A stretch of 64,000 nucleotides of DNA from positions 366,526 through 430,525 of the forward strand of contig NIVC01000947.1 of the NCBI GenBank assembly GCA_002269645.1. Reading direction: 5' to 3'. The translations under genes and the position numbers were made by a program. Below the pieces are notes generated by a model. It did not search any database. It was not told where the DNA came from and saw only the letters and a list, made by a program, of their open reading frames with translations. Below, piece by piece: positions 12,372 through 22,930 of the stretch. The stretch comes from Macrostomum lignano (Eukaryota). Positions within the stretch are counted from its first letter, which is position 1; each line of letters starts with the position of its first letter.

Positions 12372-15300
12372 TCAATAAAATCGCTTCTTATTCCTCTGCT
12401 GGCGGGTGTGGTACACCAGGCCCAGCACCAGCAGGGTGACCAGGCCGATGGCGCAGAACAGAACCAGCAGGAAGATGCGCAGGAAGGACCAGCCACTGTC
12501 GGCTTGGGAGTCCACGTGAGCTGCCGAGTTGGGAGACGGGAGGAGCGATGGAGGAGAGGCACTGTGGAATCGTGGGGGGCATTGGGGAATTTGGGGGAGG
12601 CCACTGGGGAATCAGAGGGGGGATTGGGGAATCGGAGGGGGGATTGGGGAATTAGAGGGGATTGGGAATCAGAGAAGGAATTGGGGAATCAGAGGAGGAA
12701 TTGGGGAATCAGAGAGGGCACTGGGGAATCAGAGGGGGATTGGGGAATCAGAGAGGGCACTGGGGAATCAGAGAGGGGATTGGGAATCAGAGAAGGAATT
12801 GGGGAATCAGAGGAGGAATTGGGGAATCAGAGAGGGCACTGGGGAATCAGAGGGGGGATTGGGGAATCAGAGAGGGCACTGGGGAATCAAAGGATGAATT
12901 GGGGAATCAGAGAGGGCACTGGGGAATCAGAGAGGGCACTGGGGAATCAGAGAGGGCCCTGGGGAATCAGAGGGGGCACTGGGGAATCAGAGGGGGGATT
13001 GGGGAATCAGGGGGGCACTGGGGAATCAGAGGAGCCACTGGGGAGGCAGAGTTATCAATTAGCAAGCAGTCACGTGACTCACGCCTTGGAGGCTCGGCGC
13101 TGTCGGCAGAGGGCTCGATGGTCCGGTAGTCCACCCCTATGTTGTCCTCCAAAGGCTCTTTCTGTACAATCGGGGAAGCAGGGGTGAGGGTGTGAAATCT
13201 TGGACTAGCTTAGCACTGCGACTTCGGTGTTCTTCGAAAGCTGAGTTCTATCGATTCTGTGCGATCTCTATTCTGAGAATTCTGAGTTCAAGACACTTTT
13301 TTTCGTGTATTCCTTAATCCCTATTCCCCAAATCCCATATCCCTATTCCCAAACCCCAAATCCCATATCCCTATTACCCAAACCACAAATCCCATATCCC
13401 TATTACCCAAACCACAAATCCCATATCCTTATTACCCAAATCCCATATCCCTATTACCCAAACCACAAATCTTATATCCCTATTCCTTAAATCCCATATA
13501 CCTATTCCCAAAATTCCATACCCCTATTCTCTAAATCTCATATCTCTAAATCTCATATCCCTATTTCCCAAATCCCAAATCTCATATCCCTTTCCCCAAA
13601 CTCCTATTCTTTAATCCCCAAATCCCATATGCCCACATAGCAAATCCCGCCCCAAAATCCCGAACAGGGACATCCCTATTCCCAAAAAATCGCACCCTGT
13701 TCCTGGAACCCTAATCCCTGTTACTAAAGTCGCACATCCTGTTCCCAATTGGCAGACTGGCATGTACCGGTTCAATCTCGTAGACCTTCACAGACAGCAG
13801 GTCGTGATTATCCGACAGGTCGCCAGTCATAGCGCTGACTCCGAACACAAAATGAGTTGGCAATTTCACATTTGGCACTCGAAAGCACGGCTGCCAAATT
13901 TGCTTATTTTCAATATCCGTGGCCACCAATAAAGCGTTGTTGACGTAACGAATGGATAGCAGGGTGTCGTGATCCCGGTTTCTGAAGCGGGCGGTGCAGC
14001 CGTCTAGCTGAGAGTGGGTGCCGTCCCTGTCATGGTCATAGGCCAAGCTGCCATTGTTAACCATAGCCGATATGTATGGATGGTCGTGACTGTGCGGTCC
14101 ATTGTGGTTGCTGTAGGTGTCTAAAAGTACACCGAGGCCGCGGAATTTGTCTTGCATGCCGAACACGGGCCCGTTGAACTTGCTGACGGCCGGGTCAATG
14201 TACCAGAATGCAATGCCGTCGCCAAACAAATTTCCAGAGGAGCCGTGCACTCGGAAGTGCATCTGCACCTCCCAGTGACGCATTCGGACTGGGATTTTGC
14301 ACCATACAGCGCCTCGGTGCGACTGACTGTCCGGAGTTAGGCGAATGAAATCAGATGCAATCACTGTGCTGCCACCGAAGTCCCAGTGGCCTAAAGAGCG
14401 AGTAGAGTGTTGGAGATTCTTTATAGCTGACTGCCTGAGTGCAGAGTGATACCCAATGTCTCAGAGCACTAAAGACCAGCTTGGCAGTGAGTGAGTGCTA
14501 CCCCTTGACTAGATGTCAGTGAGTGAGTGCTACCCCTTGATTAGATGTCAGTGAGTGAGTGCTACCCCTTGATCAGATGTCAGTGAGTGAGTGCTACCCC
14601 TTGATCAGATGTCAGTGAGTGAGTGCTACCCCTTGATCAGATGTCAGTGAGTGAGTGCTACCCCTTGATCAGATGTCAGTGAGTGAGTGCTACCCCTTGA
14701 TCAGATGTCAGTGAGTGAGTGCTACCCCTTGATCAGATGTCAGTGAGTGAGTGCTACCCCTTGATCAGATGTCAGCTACTACTTGATCAGCCTGATAATG
14801 ACAGTGAAAATCATAAACAAAGATAAGCTTTTGCTTAGTTGGTTGGTATCTCATAGTCACTAATTGCTAGTATTTTGATACTGTTTGAGAATAAGAATAA
14901 GTAGTCTCAATAGATTAGGTCAATTTAGAAGTTAAGAAACTTTGTTAATACTTTTTTACTCTATACTACTATCAACATTCAATACATAAACATAACAATA
15001 TACACATGTATATTATATTTATAATTTATAATATCATAGATTTAAAAACAAAATTTATTGCTTGATTTACTTCTTGAGAGAAGTACTTTAGGCCCCCTTA
15101 TCCTATTTAAATACCCTATAAGATATGCTGTTTATCATCTACAAACAGATTATTAACTTTATAACAATCAAACCTTGTTTTGTGCTAGAATTTTACACGA
15201 AAAAGGCCATCTTCCTGACTATGGCCTTCATATGATCCATAGTCTGGATCATGCTAGGTGTACGCCGGAACAAAAATTGAATAATTACAAATACATGCCA

Positions 15301-16736
15301 GAAAAAATGTAGTGCACACCCAGTCTAAAAAATATGCCGGTGTTGCAACAATAAATGACCTTTTTTTATTTTGTGACAATAAAATAATTTTTTTAAAATT
15401 GTGTAATAGACCATTATTACCAGATAATTTGGTTAATTTGGTTGCTTTTTATGCCTTTTCGGCAATACTATTTTATGGCGAAAAATTTATACATGCAAAA
15501 ATTTGTTTAAATGCTTTTCTACAAGCTTAAAAAAACTGGAAAGCTTGAAATTAGCGCTTAAAAATGAACTTTATCATTTTTTCTACTTCACAATAACTTT
15601 TACATGTGATTCTATAAAGTGCATGCCAGGTGTGCACATATACTTTCTTCTCAGGAGTGATACATGCCAACTGTGCACGCCTAATTTTGGCATGCAAGGC
15701 TAATACAAGCCTAAATTTTTAGGCATATACTATATGATCCGGAGTGTAGCATATGATATAGGCCTATTATATTGCCTATTATTACCTTTGCTAAGTCTTG
15801 GCATAAACTTTGACACTTATTAACTCATTGTTTTATTGTTTCAATATTACTTGAAAAGTTTTTCATTATTTTAAATAAAAACTTAAGTCAAGAAAAGTTT
15901 ATTGAATGATTTAAAAAAATAGTAGTAGGCCCTAAATCAATAAAAATATGTAACCTTTGTTACTAGTTTAATATTGTTATTAGAATAAGTATTTAGATTT
16001 AGCAAATAAATTATAGGATTAATTAAGAAGGCAATCCCAAGATATAAATATAATAGCATAATAAAGTGACTTAACTTAATAATTGATAATTATAGAACAT
16101 AGAAGCTAATATTTTTTAATAAAATTAAAATCTACAACATTTTGAAATCTACAACAAATATCAGAATATAGTCAAAGTTTGTAGGCCTATTTTGCACACA
16201 GTCAGTTTCTTTAGACAAATAGACACGGTTTAAGCTAGAGGCGCAGTTGCCTTCTAATAACTACACCAAGCAGTCTCGCGCATGCATAGGCGTATATGAT
16301 ATAATTGATCATGGCCTATTTGGCTATTGACATTGTTAGTGCTAAATATTAGACAATAAAGAAAAGTAAAATAAAGACTCTGCAATTTATCTTGAAAGAT
16401 AATGTTATCAAAATGTTGTAATTGTGTTCCGAATAGCCTTTTACTTAAATACTAAAACAAAGTTGTTTTCTTTTATTTTAGGTCTACAAATTATGAAGCA
16501 AGGTTTCCATGGGCCATAGATTAGTAGTCATGCTGACATTTAATAATTTAAAGGATACATAAATAAAACATACCCTGAAATGGTTTTGAAAGTGAATACT
16601 CTTTTTTGAGAAAAGACGTGGGGTTTTCATCGCCAGCAAATTCACTTTGTTCGACAACTATATCATTTGCTGATTGGTGCGCAAAAATGCATAAAACAAA
16701 AGCTTGAATAATAAAAACAAGAATATTAGCATTCAT
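12372..16736 (-). CDS. LMAN2: VIP36/LMAN2-like L-type lectin (337 aa); exons 16736-16574, 14390-13768, 13161-13083, 12520-12372
   Basis: Signal peptide; FLKKEYSLSKPFQG|HWDFGGSTVIASDFIRLTPD; GNLFGDGIAFWY; GPVFG..DKFRGLGVLLDTYSN; HDRDGTH; FGVSAMTGDLSDNHD; TM helix; C-terminal KKRFY. All four GT-AG junctions are phase-compatible (163+623+79+149 = 1014 nt). LMAN2 versus LMAN2L is not resolved. Confidence 0.92.
12575..13045. repeat. G-rich intronic minisatellite (GGGGAATCAGAGAGGGCACT variants)
   Basis: Direct inspection; lies in the last LMAN2-like intron. Confidence 0.95.
13310..13690. repeat. C-rich intronic minisatellite (CCCAAATCCCATATCCCTATTA variants)
   Basis: Direct inspection; LMAN2-like intron 2. 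Confidence 0.9.
14485..14775. repeat. Minisatellite, 32-bp unit (CAGTGAGTGAGTGCTACCCCTTGATCAGATGT), ~9 copies
   Basis: Units start at 14485, 14517 and onward; no spacers. Confidence 0.95.
15222..15765. mobile_element. Possible degenerate MITE
   Basis: Imperfect inverted repeats GGCC..TCATATG....GGATCAT..TAG at both ends; no TSD found. Confidence 0.3.
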
Positions 16737-18840
16737 TTAGCAAGAACCTTGTCCAAATAATACAAAAATGCCTTAAGTACTCCTAAAACTGTTGATTGCT
16801 GGCCTGATACTTTGGCTACCTTTCCTGAAAGTGAATTTGTAGTAAGTGTGGCAGGTGGCTGCCCCTTTTATTAATTTGGTCTACTTAATTTTACATTAAT
16901 CATTATTTTTAATAAAACTTTAAATCGGTTTACCTTTACGTGATGGTGTTGTCCCAACCCGGAATTGTTCTCCCACGCCGAGACGTTTTCCGTCACGCTC
17001 CCCGTCCCGTAATGGGACTGCTAATCTCCCTTTTGCGTATAATTGTTTCCAGTTGCTTATTATACTTCGTAACCCCCTTAATTCAATACTTTTGCTTTTC
17101 CTACCTGTGCGTGTTTAATTTTTCCTTTTGTGGTCCAGCCGAGGTAGAGTTTGAGGCAATTATATATTGATGTTCGTTTCGGTGTAAACTGCATCCTTCT
17201 CCGCCTCCTCGTTCTTTTCTTAGTTTTCTGTGATGGGTTTCGCCCTTTCGGCCCCCTTGTGGGGAAGCTTTCGGGCCTCAGGTCTCAGAAATAAATCAAT
17301 TAGAGTCCTGGCCCCCCACTCCTGTCAGATGGTCAGCCCCATGGTTGCTTGATCGTGTGGCGAGCAGTCTAGGTCCTATTGCTAAGAGAGGGACAGCGAG
17401 AGACAAGCAGGGAGAATTTTGAAGGTAGAAATTAGCCAATCCGCAGTTCAACTAACTTCCCAGTGAAAAAAATGATATGGATTCCATGTGGATTTTTCAT
17501 ATGAAATCCATATGTGCATTTGTCTCCGTCCATCCATGTGGAATCAAGATATGGATTCCACATGGAAGATCCATATGGAAGTAATTATGTATTTCACATA
17601 GAATCCACATTGTCATTGAGTAAGCAGCCATTATACTGGTTGCCATAATAAATTGTTGCATCCTCAATCTCAAAATAATACCAGATCTCAAAATTTCATA
17701 CGAACCCCAGATCTCAATACCATATAAAAGAAACTGAAACACAGATGAAACACTAGCTATAGCAAAAAATATTTCTGCACAAAAATTCAATATTCAATAT
17801 TCAAAAACGATGTAAGGTGTATTTATGTACAGTAGTGAGTCACTGGCACACAAAGAATAAACACACTGATGTAAATATTGATATCTTTAGAGTTGCACTG
17901 CGCATATGATATAATATATAATTTGAAATTGACATTGTCAATAGCATTAATTAATTAACAATAATATAATGCATCAGAATTAGAACAGTCAGAAACATGC
18001 TGCTGCCAATTGCCAGAATGCTGCTTCTTCAGGTCAGGTGAGCAACCTTAGAAAAGAAAGGGGTTAAATTACAGAATTTTATAACAGATTGACAGATTTT
18101 GTAATAGATTTTGATAGATTTTGATGACAGAAAAAAATCAGTTTATAACTAAAACTTACCATTGCTTCACAAAAGGTAGCATTCGAGATATTAAATTCAA
18201 ATTCCAAGTAGCTTTGCAAGCTTCTTCAAATGCAAGACCAAGGTGACATCCAAGTTTGAGGATGGGCCATGTAATGTTAGGCTGAAATGAAATAGAAAAA
18301 TAATTGTTGCCAATTAAGATTGATAAATAGTATTGATATAATTCATAAAACTAATTTAATGATGAATACTTATAAAATAAAATAAAGTTTATTTTAAAAT
18401 TAACTAGGCCTAAGTCCTAGGTTTATTTTTTTAAGCGCAAAGTGTGTATATGCACCCTAAATTTTAAAATTGCACCTTGAAAATTGAAATTAAAAAGTTG
18501 ATACAGTTTAGGTGTGATCTCATTACCTATTTTTCTGTTGAAGCCTTTTTTGCACTGCCTTTATATAAGAAAAAAGAGAAACTACATTCTAAGCCTTAAA
18601 ATCATAAAACCCTAAAAGTGAGCATAGGGTATGATTTTGCACCTTGTCTCTAGCAAAAAAGAAAACCCTACCTAAGTCAATCAATAAAATTAAATTAATA
18701 AAATTAAAATAATAAGTACAAAAAATTAATATATGTTTCTATAAATTTAATTTTTTATTTTAAAACTGATTTTAGACTATAAAGTATTTAGGCAAAGCAA
18801 TGCATGTTTTTTTATATTTGCTGGCCTATTATAATTAAAA

Positions 18841-19200
18841 GGGGGGCTGTAGCCAAGCGGTAGCACAGCTGCTCTAGTGTGCTAGCGACCTAGGCTTGAT
18901 TCTAAGAGTAGTCACATTAATTTGGGGCTGAATTGGAATCTTGGCTTGGCTCTCTGCTTGTGCAATTAACAGCCTTGAGAGCCAACCCCAAAGGCACAGT
19001 GAAGTATACATGCCTAACAATAAATAAAGTTAGGGCCATTGTATACTCCTGTGTAAGTGTGCCTGCATACATATCCGCACGCTTGTGTGCCTGCTCAGGG
19101 GAGTTAGTGGAATAGGCAGCAATGCCTCTCGCTAGTTGTATGCCTATGTCGCTTAAAGTGTGCCAGGGTGTATACAACCCCCTGCCTCTAATAAAAAAAT
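18841..19200 (+). mobile_element. Degenerate tRNA-derived SINE
   Basis: GGGGCTGTAGCCAAGCGGTAG (A-box-like), GGCTTGATTC (decayed B box), A-rich 3' end. Confidence 0.45.
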
Positions 19201-19219
19201 AGTATGATTAGGCCTAAAC

Positions 19220-19621
19220 GGTATAGGACCAAGACCGCCACATTTGGGGAGCTAGGAGGGAGGAATTTGGCTCGCCATGTTATTGGATGGGGCTGAGGAG
19301 GGGTAAGATGGGGAGAGCCAGCAAGACAAGGCCACGAGAGAAGAACTAGTGAGCAGGCTAGCCTGGCTAGGTAGGTGAGTGAGCCAGGCTCCTTGTTTTT
19401 TCATTTAATTTGAATCGTTAAAATTGCCCTGGTTGACTTGCAATCATTTTGGGCCACTTATTCATCTTATTAGTGACCAATCTTAGGACACTTCCTCCTT
19501 ATCTAACTCCACAACCCATCATAACCAATAGCAATGCTGAAAGATTGGTAGCTTCCCCTCAATTCCAATAGTCAGTAAGAGCTGTGGCGGTCTTGGTATG
19601 TGGCGGTCTTGGTCATGCACC
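19220..19621. mobile_element. MULE-type MITE (402 bp)
   Basis: TIR GGT....GACCAAGACCGCCACA at both ends; perfect 9-bp TSD GGCCTAAAC (19211-19219, 19622-19630). Confidence 0.85.
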
Positions 19622-22386
19622 GGCCTAAACATTAGGCCTAATCTTAAAAGCTATGCCCTATGGCTATTAAATTCTGGACTTGGCCTAAATCAGATCAAAT
19701 TTATAATAATCATTATTTATTTATAATAGCAACCTTAGGGATCTGCTAGGCTAGCTATGCCAAAAACAGGTTGCAAGTGTAATTGCAAAGAATTATTTAT
19801 AATGATTAATAATATTGTTTTTAAAAATGCAACAAGTCCAAAAGATGCTAATAGGCTTTTTTGAAGAAAATCATAAATGAATAGATTTTTAACAGATTAA
19901 CTAGATTGACTAGTCACAATTCACAAAGTCAAGCTAGGCCTAGTCTTAACCTTAATTAAAATAGAAGGACCTAAATTGATAGTTATAGGCCTAGCTTAAA
20001 ATAGGCCTAATATTAATAAGTATACATAAATAGATAGGACTAATAGGTAGGACTAAGAGGAAATTATGAACTTCGAAAGGCCTATTTAAAATGAGTAGCC
20101 AATCTATGGACATGGCCATGGGATTCCTAGAAATTGGATAAGCCTAAATAAATTTATCATGGATGGATTTTACCAAAACTGGCAAAAGTATTAGGCCTAT
20201 CTATGATGAAATACTGATTTATCTAATTTCTAATCCCATGGAGGCCATGGCCTTATAAGTTATTGCCTATAGGCTACGTCTACTAAAATTTTTAAGGTGC
20301 TTAAATAGCCATAAACAAGGCAATTTATCTTTCAAGGCCTTGAACCATGCAAGACATTGACGAATATAAAATAAAATAAATTTAATCTTAAAAAGCACGA
20401 AACGTTTTTTATTGTTCACTTCTATTTCGTCTATTTTAACAAACAGTATCTTATTTTCTGATTATAATTTAGCTTTAAGATATTAATTTTTACTTAAAAG
20501 CATATAAATGTAATAATTAATTATAGTAATTTCATAAAAACGTCTGAATGTGGTGTATCACAGTTTTTTATCGAAGTGGATTCCATGTTGAATCAATATA
20601 CGCTTATTTCTCATGAATTCCTTGTAAAATCCACATCAACATTAGGACAGTAAAAATTAAAAAATAATGCATAAAAAATACTTTGCATACCATTATGTCA
20701 TCTTTAAGTCATTAATTTGCAAAAATTAAGGAAACATTTAAATTCCACATGGCCACGTGGAACCCACGTGGAATCCATGAATCATTTTTCACTGGGTTGC
20801 TGCCACCAGCACGTGCGCCCTGGCTCACCACACCGGGACTCTCGAAATCGGGCTTCCGACTAGAAGGGGCTTTGCACTTACCTGCCAACTAGTGTCTTTT
20901 TGCTGTCAATCTCGAAGTCATAGCCGATGTTAAGGGATACTGCTGGGACTAGATCGCATTGACCATACAGGTACAGAGGGGACTTGTGCAGGGGATTCTT
21001 GCAGTGGCGAGACTATGCAGGGGTAGCTACATGTACTATTACATTGCTAAATACGAAGAATTGTACTTTTGGCCTTCAACGCGCCAACTAGCCTCTCCTA
21101 GCGCTGATGATAGGCTAACTCGAACATCAGAGACCGCATGGTTCATTACCCGAGCCGCTTGGCGAACCTAGAGTCCACAGAGTACATCTCTGGCGCCGAT
21201 TCTGCACTACTGGCTGTTTTGCTCACTGATTTGATTGATTGATCGACTGAGAACTGCCTTGCCATTGGTCCACTGTGACCAGCGCCTACTAGCTTAGCTA
21301 CTCATCTGAGCCATCGGCGAACAAAGAAATAAAACCGATAAAAATAACTGTCAGATTTAACCTTCTCCTCAGATCACTTCACACTTCAGATTGAATTGGA
21401 GTTTTAGACTACTAGCAGTATTATTGAATGACTTCTACTGAACAGCACTACTGAACAAAAAGAGCAAAAGTGTGCGCCTAATCCAGCTACTGAAACAGGG
21501 GACAGATAAGGGATCACCCAATCAAGCAAGTCTAGGCAGCCTCTCACCCAACCAAATCAGAAACTCAACAGCCGGAGACCAGGTAATCCACAGTGACCGA
21601 ATCGGCTTGGTGCTTCGCAGCTGTAGACCCGGGATGATGCTGATGTCACAACCTTCGCAGATAGCTTGCAGGTGATGCTCTTAACTTTGATGTTCGCTGC
21701 TGATGACCGGGGGACTCGTCCTTGATGATGATGGGGGAGGTCGCAATCCGGGGATCAAGAAACGACAGTCGCGCTCCGGGACGTCTCAATCTAGGCTAAG
21801 ATCCCAAGAGGAGTTGGTCCAAGCGGGCCAAAAACACCGGTTTAAATAGCCGCCAACTGGACCGCAGTTTGTTATAATGGAACACGTCGATTCTGATTGG
21901 CTGAGCCGATTTGTTAAAATGAGCGTCGAATTTTCTGATTGGCTAAGCTGGTTGCTACCCAGAATCCCGTGACCGGGAGATCCTATCAGTGCCCTCGGGG
22001 TCGTAAAAACATGACAGGTGCGGCCATAAATCAATCAAAATCGCAACAAAATGATTTATGACTTTTTTCGCGTAGAATTGACAAAAATTAATGAAAAAAT
22101 ATACATTAGAAAGCTCTTATTAAATAGAAAGTGAAGATAATGAAGAGAAATCACTAATCGCTAATCCCAAAGTACTTTTAGCGGTAAAACGCATAGCTGT
22201 CAAAGACCTCCGATCTCCAACTGGTAAGTCTCATCTCGGTTCTGTGGTACTCTACCATCCATCCTACTCAATCAGATAATCCCAGACCCGTCCCACAGTC
22301 TCAGCAGCCTTCATGGTGCACTCTCTCCTACTCATTTGCCCATTCAGTGCTGTGTAGGATATATCTTTAACATGTATTATTAATAG

Positions 22387-22930
22387 CTGAAGAGCATTCT
22401 CACCTGTCTCCTTGAGCGCAACCATAATGACTGGGACACCTTCCTCCCGGCCTGCCTGATGGCTCTCCGCTCCAGTGTACACACTGTGACAAGATTCACG
22501 CCCAACTATCTGGTGTTTGGCCGTGACTTCCGACTCCCGATCTACAACGCGTTGAAAAAGCTGCCCGAATATGCTGATTTGCCCGGCTATGTCAAGGACT
22601 TCCAGCGCCGTCTGGACGAGGCCACTTAGCTGGCCAAGGATCGTCTGCACCTTCATCAGCAGCTGCGAGACGCGCACTATTCCAACCTGCCGAAGGCCAA
22701 GAAGCTCAAGCCCGGTGATCTGGTCTTTCTCAACAACCCTGTGCTCTAACCAGACGAGGCATCGAAGTTTCATCGACCCCGCAAAGCACTCTACGAAGTC
22801 ATCGAGCCCAGAGGCGAGGTGGTCTACAAAATTCGCCAAAGACTGCCGAATCCACGAGCTAGACGGGATGAACTAGTTGTTCATCGCCGCAACCTGCTCC
22901 ACGTCCCTGATGGTGACTCGCGACCCTGCC
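22387..22930 (+). pseudogene. Gypsy LTR-retrotransposon integrase C-terminal relic
   Basis: Manual translation gives NDWDTFLPACLMALRSSVHTVTRFTPNYLVFGRDFRLP ... KLKPGDLVFL ... LYEVIEPRGEVVYKI ... VVHRRNL, with two in-frame stops. Confidence 0.85.

Larger units (their letters stand above)
17459..20796. mobile_element. Non-autonomous CMC/EnSpm-type DNA transposon (3338 bp)
   Basis: TIR CCCAGTGAAAAA(AA)TGAT..ATGGATTCCA(T/C)GTGG at both ends; 2-bp TSD TT (17457-58, 20797-98); subterminal TCCAC/GTGGA repeats. CCCAG termini with a 2-bp TSD match animal EnSpm-type elements. Confidence 0.8.
16941..22030 (-). mobile_element. Putative solo-LTR-like block, split by the EnSpm insertion
   Basis: Higher-GC segments 16941-17458 and 20797-~22030 flank the EnSpm TSD. 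Minus-strand TATA-like (GGCTATTTAAA ~21850) and CCAAT motifs are arranged as in the solo LTR at 55571-57790. Termini and TSD are not established. Confidence 0.3.

Noticed and set aside
3893-13187. Long ORFs such as 3893-4467, 4917-5516, 8773-9759, 10272-12085 and 12408-13187
   Set aside because: They are translations of stop-free minisatellites, not genes.
14485-14775. 32-bp direct repeats resembling a CRISPR array (also the 69-bp repeats at 52975-53437)
   Set aside because: The units are head-to-tail with no unique spacers, there are no cas genes, and the context is a eukaryotic intron or exon.
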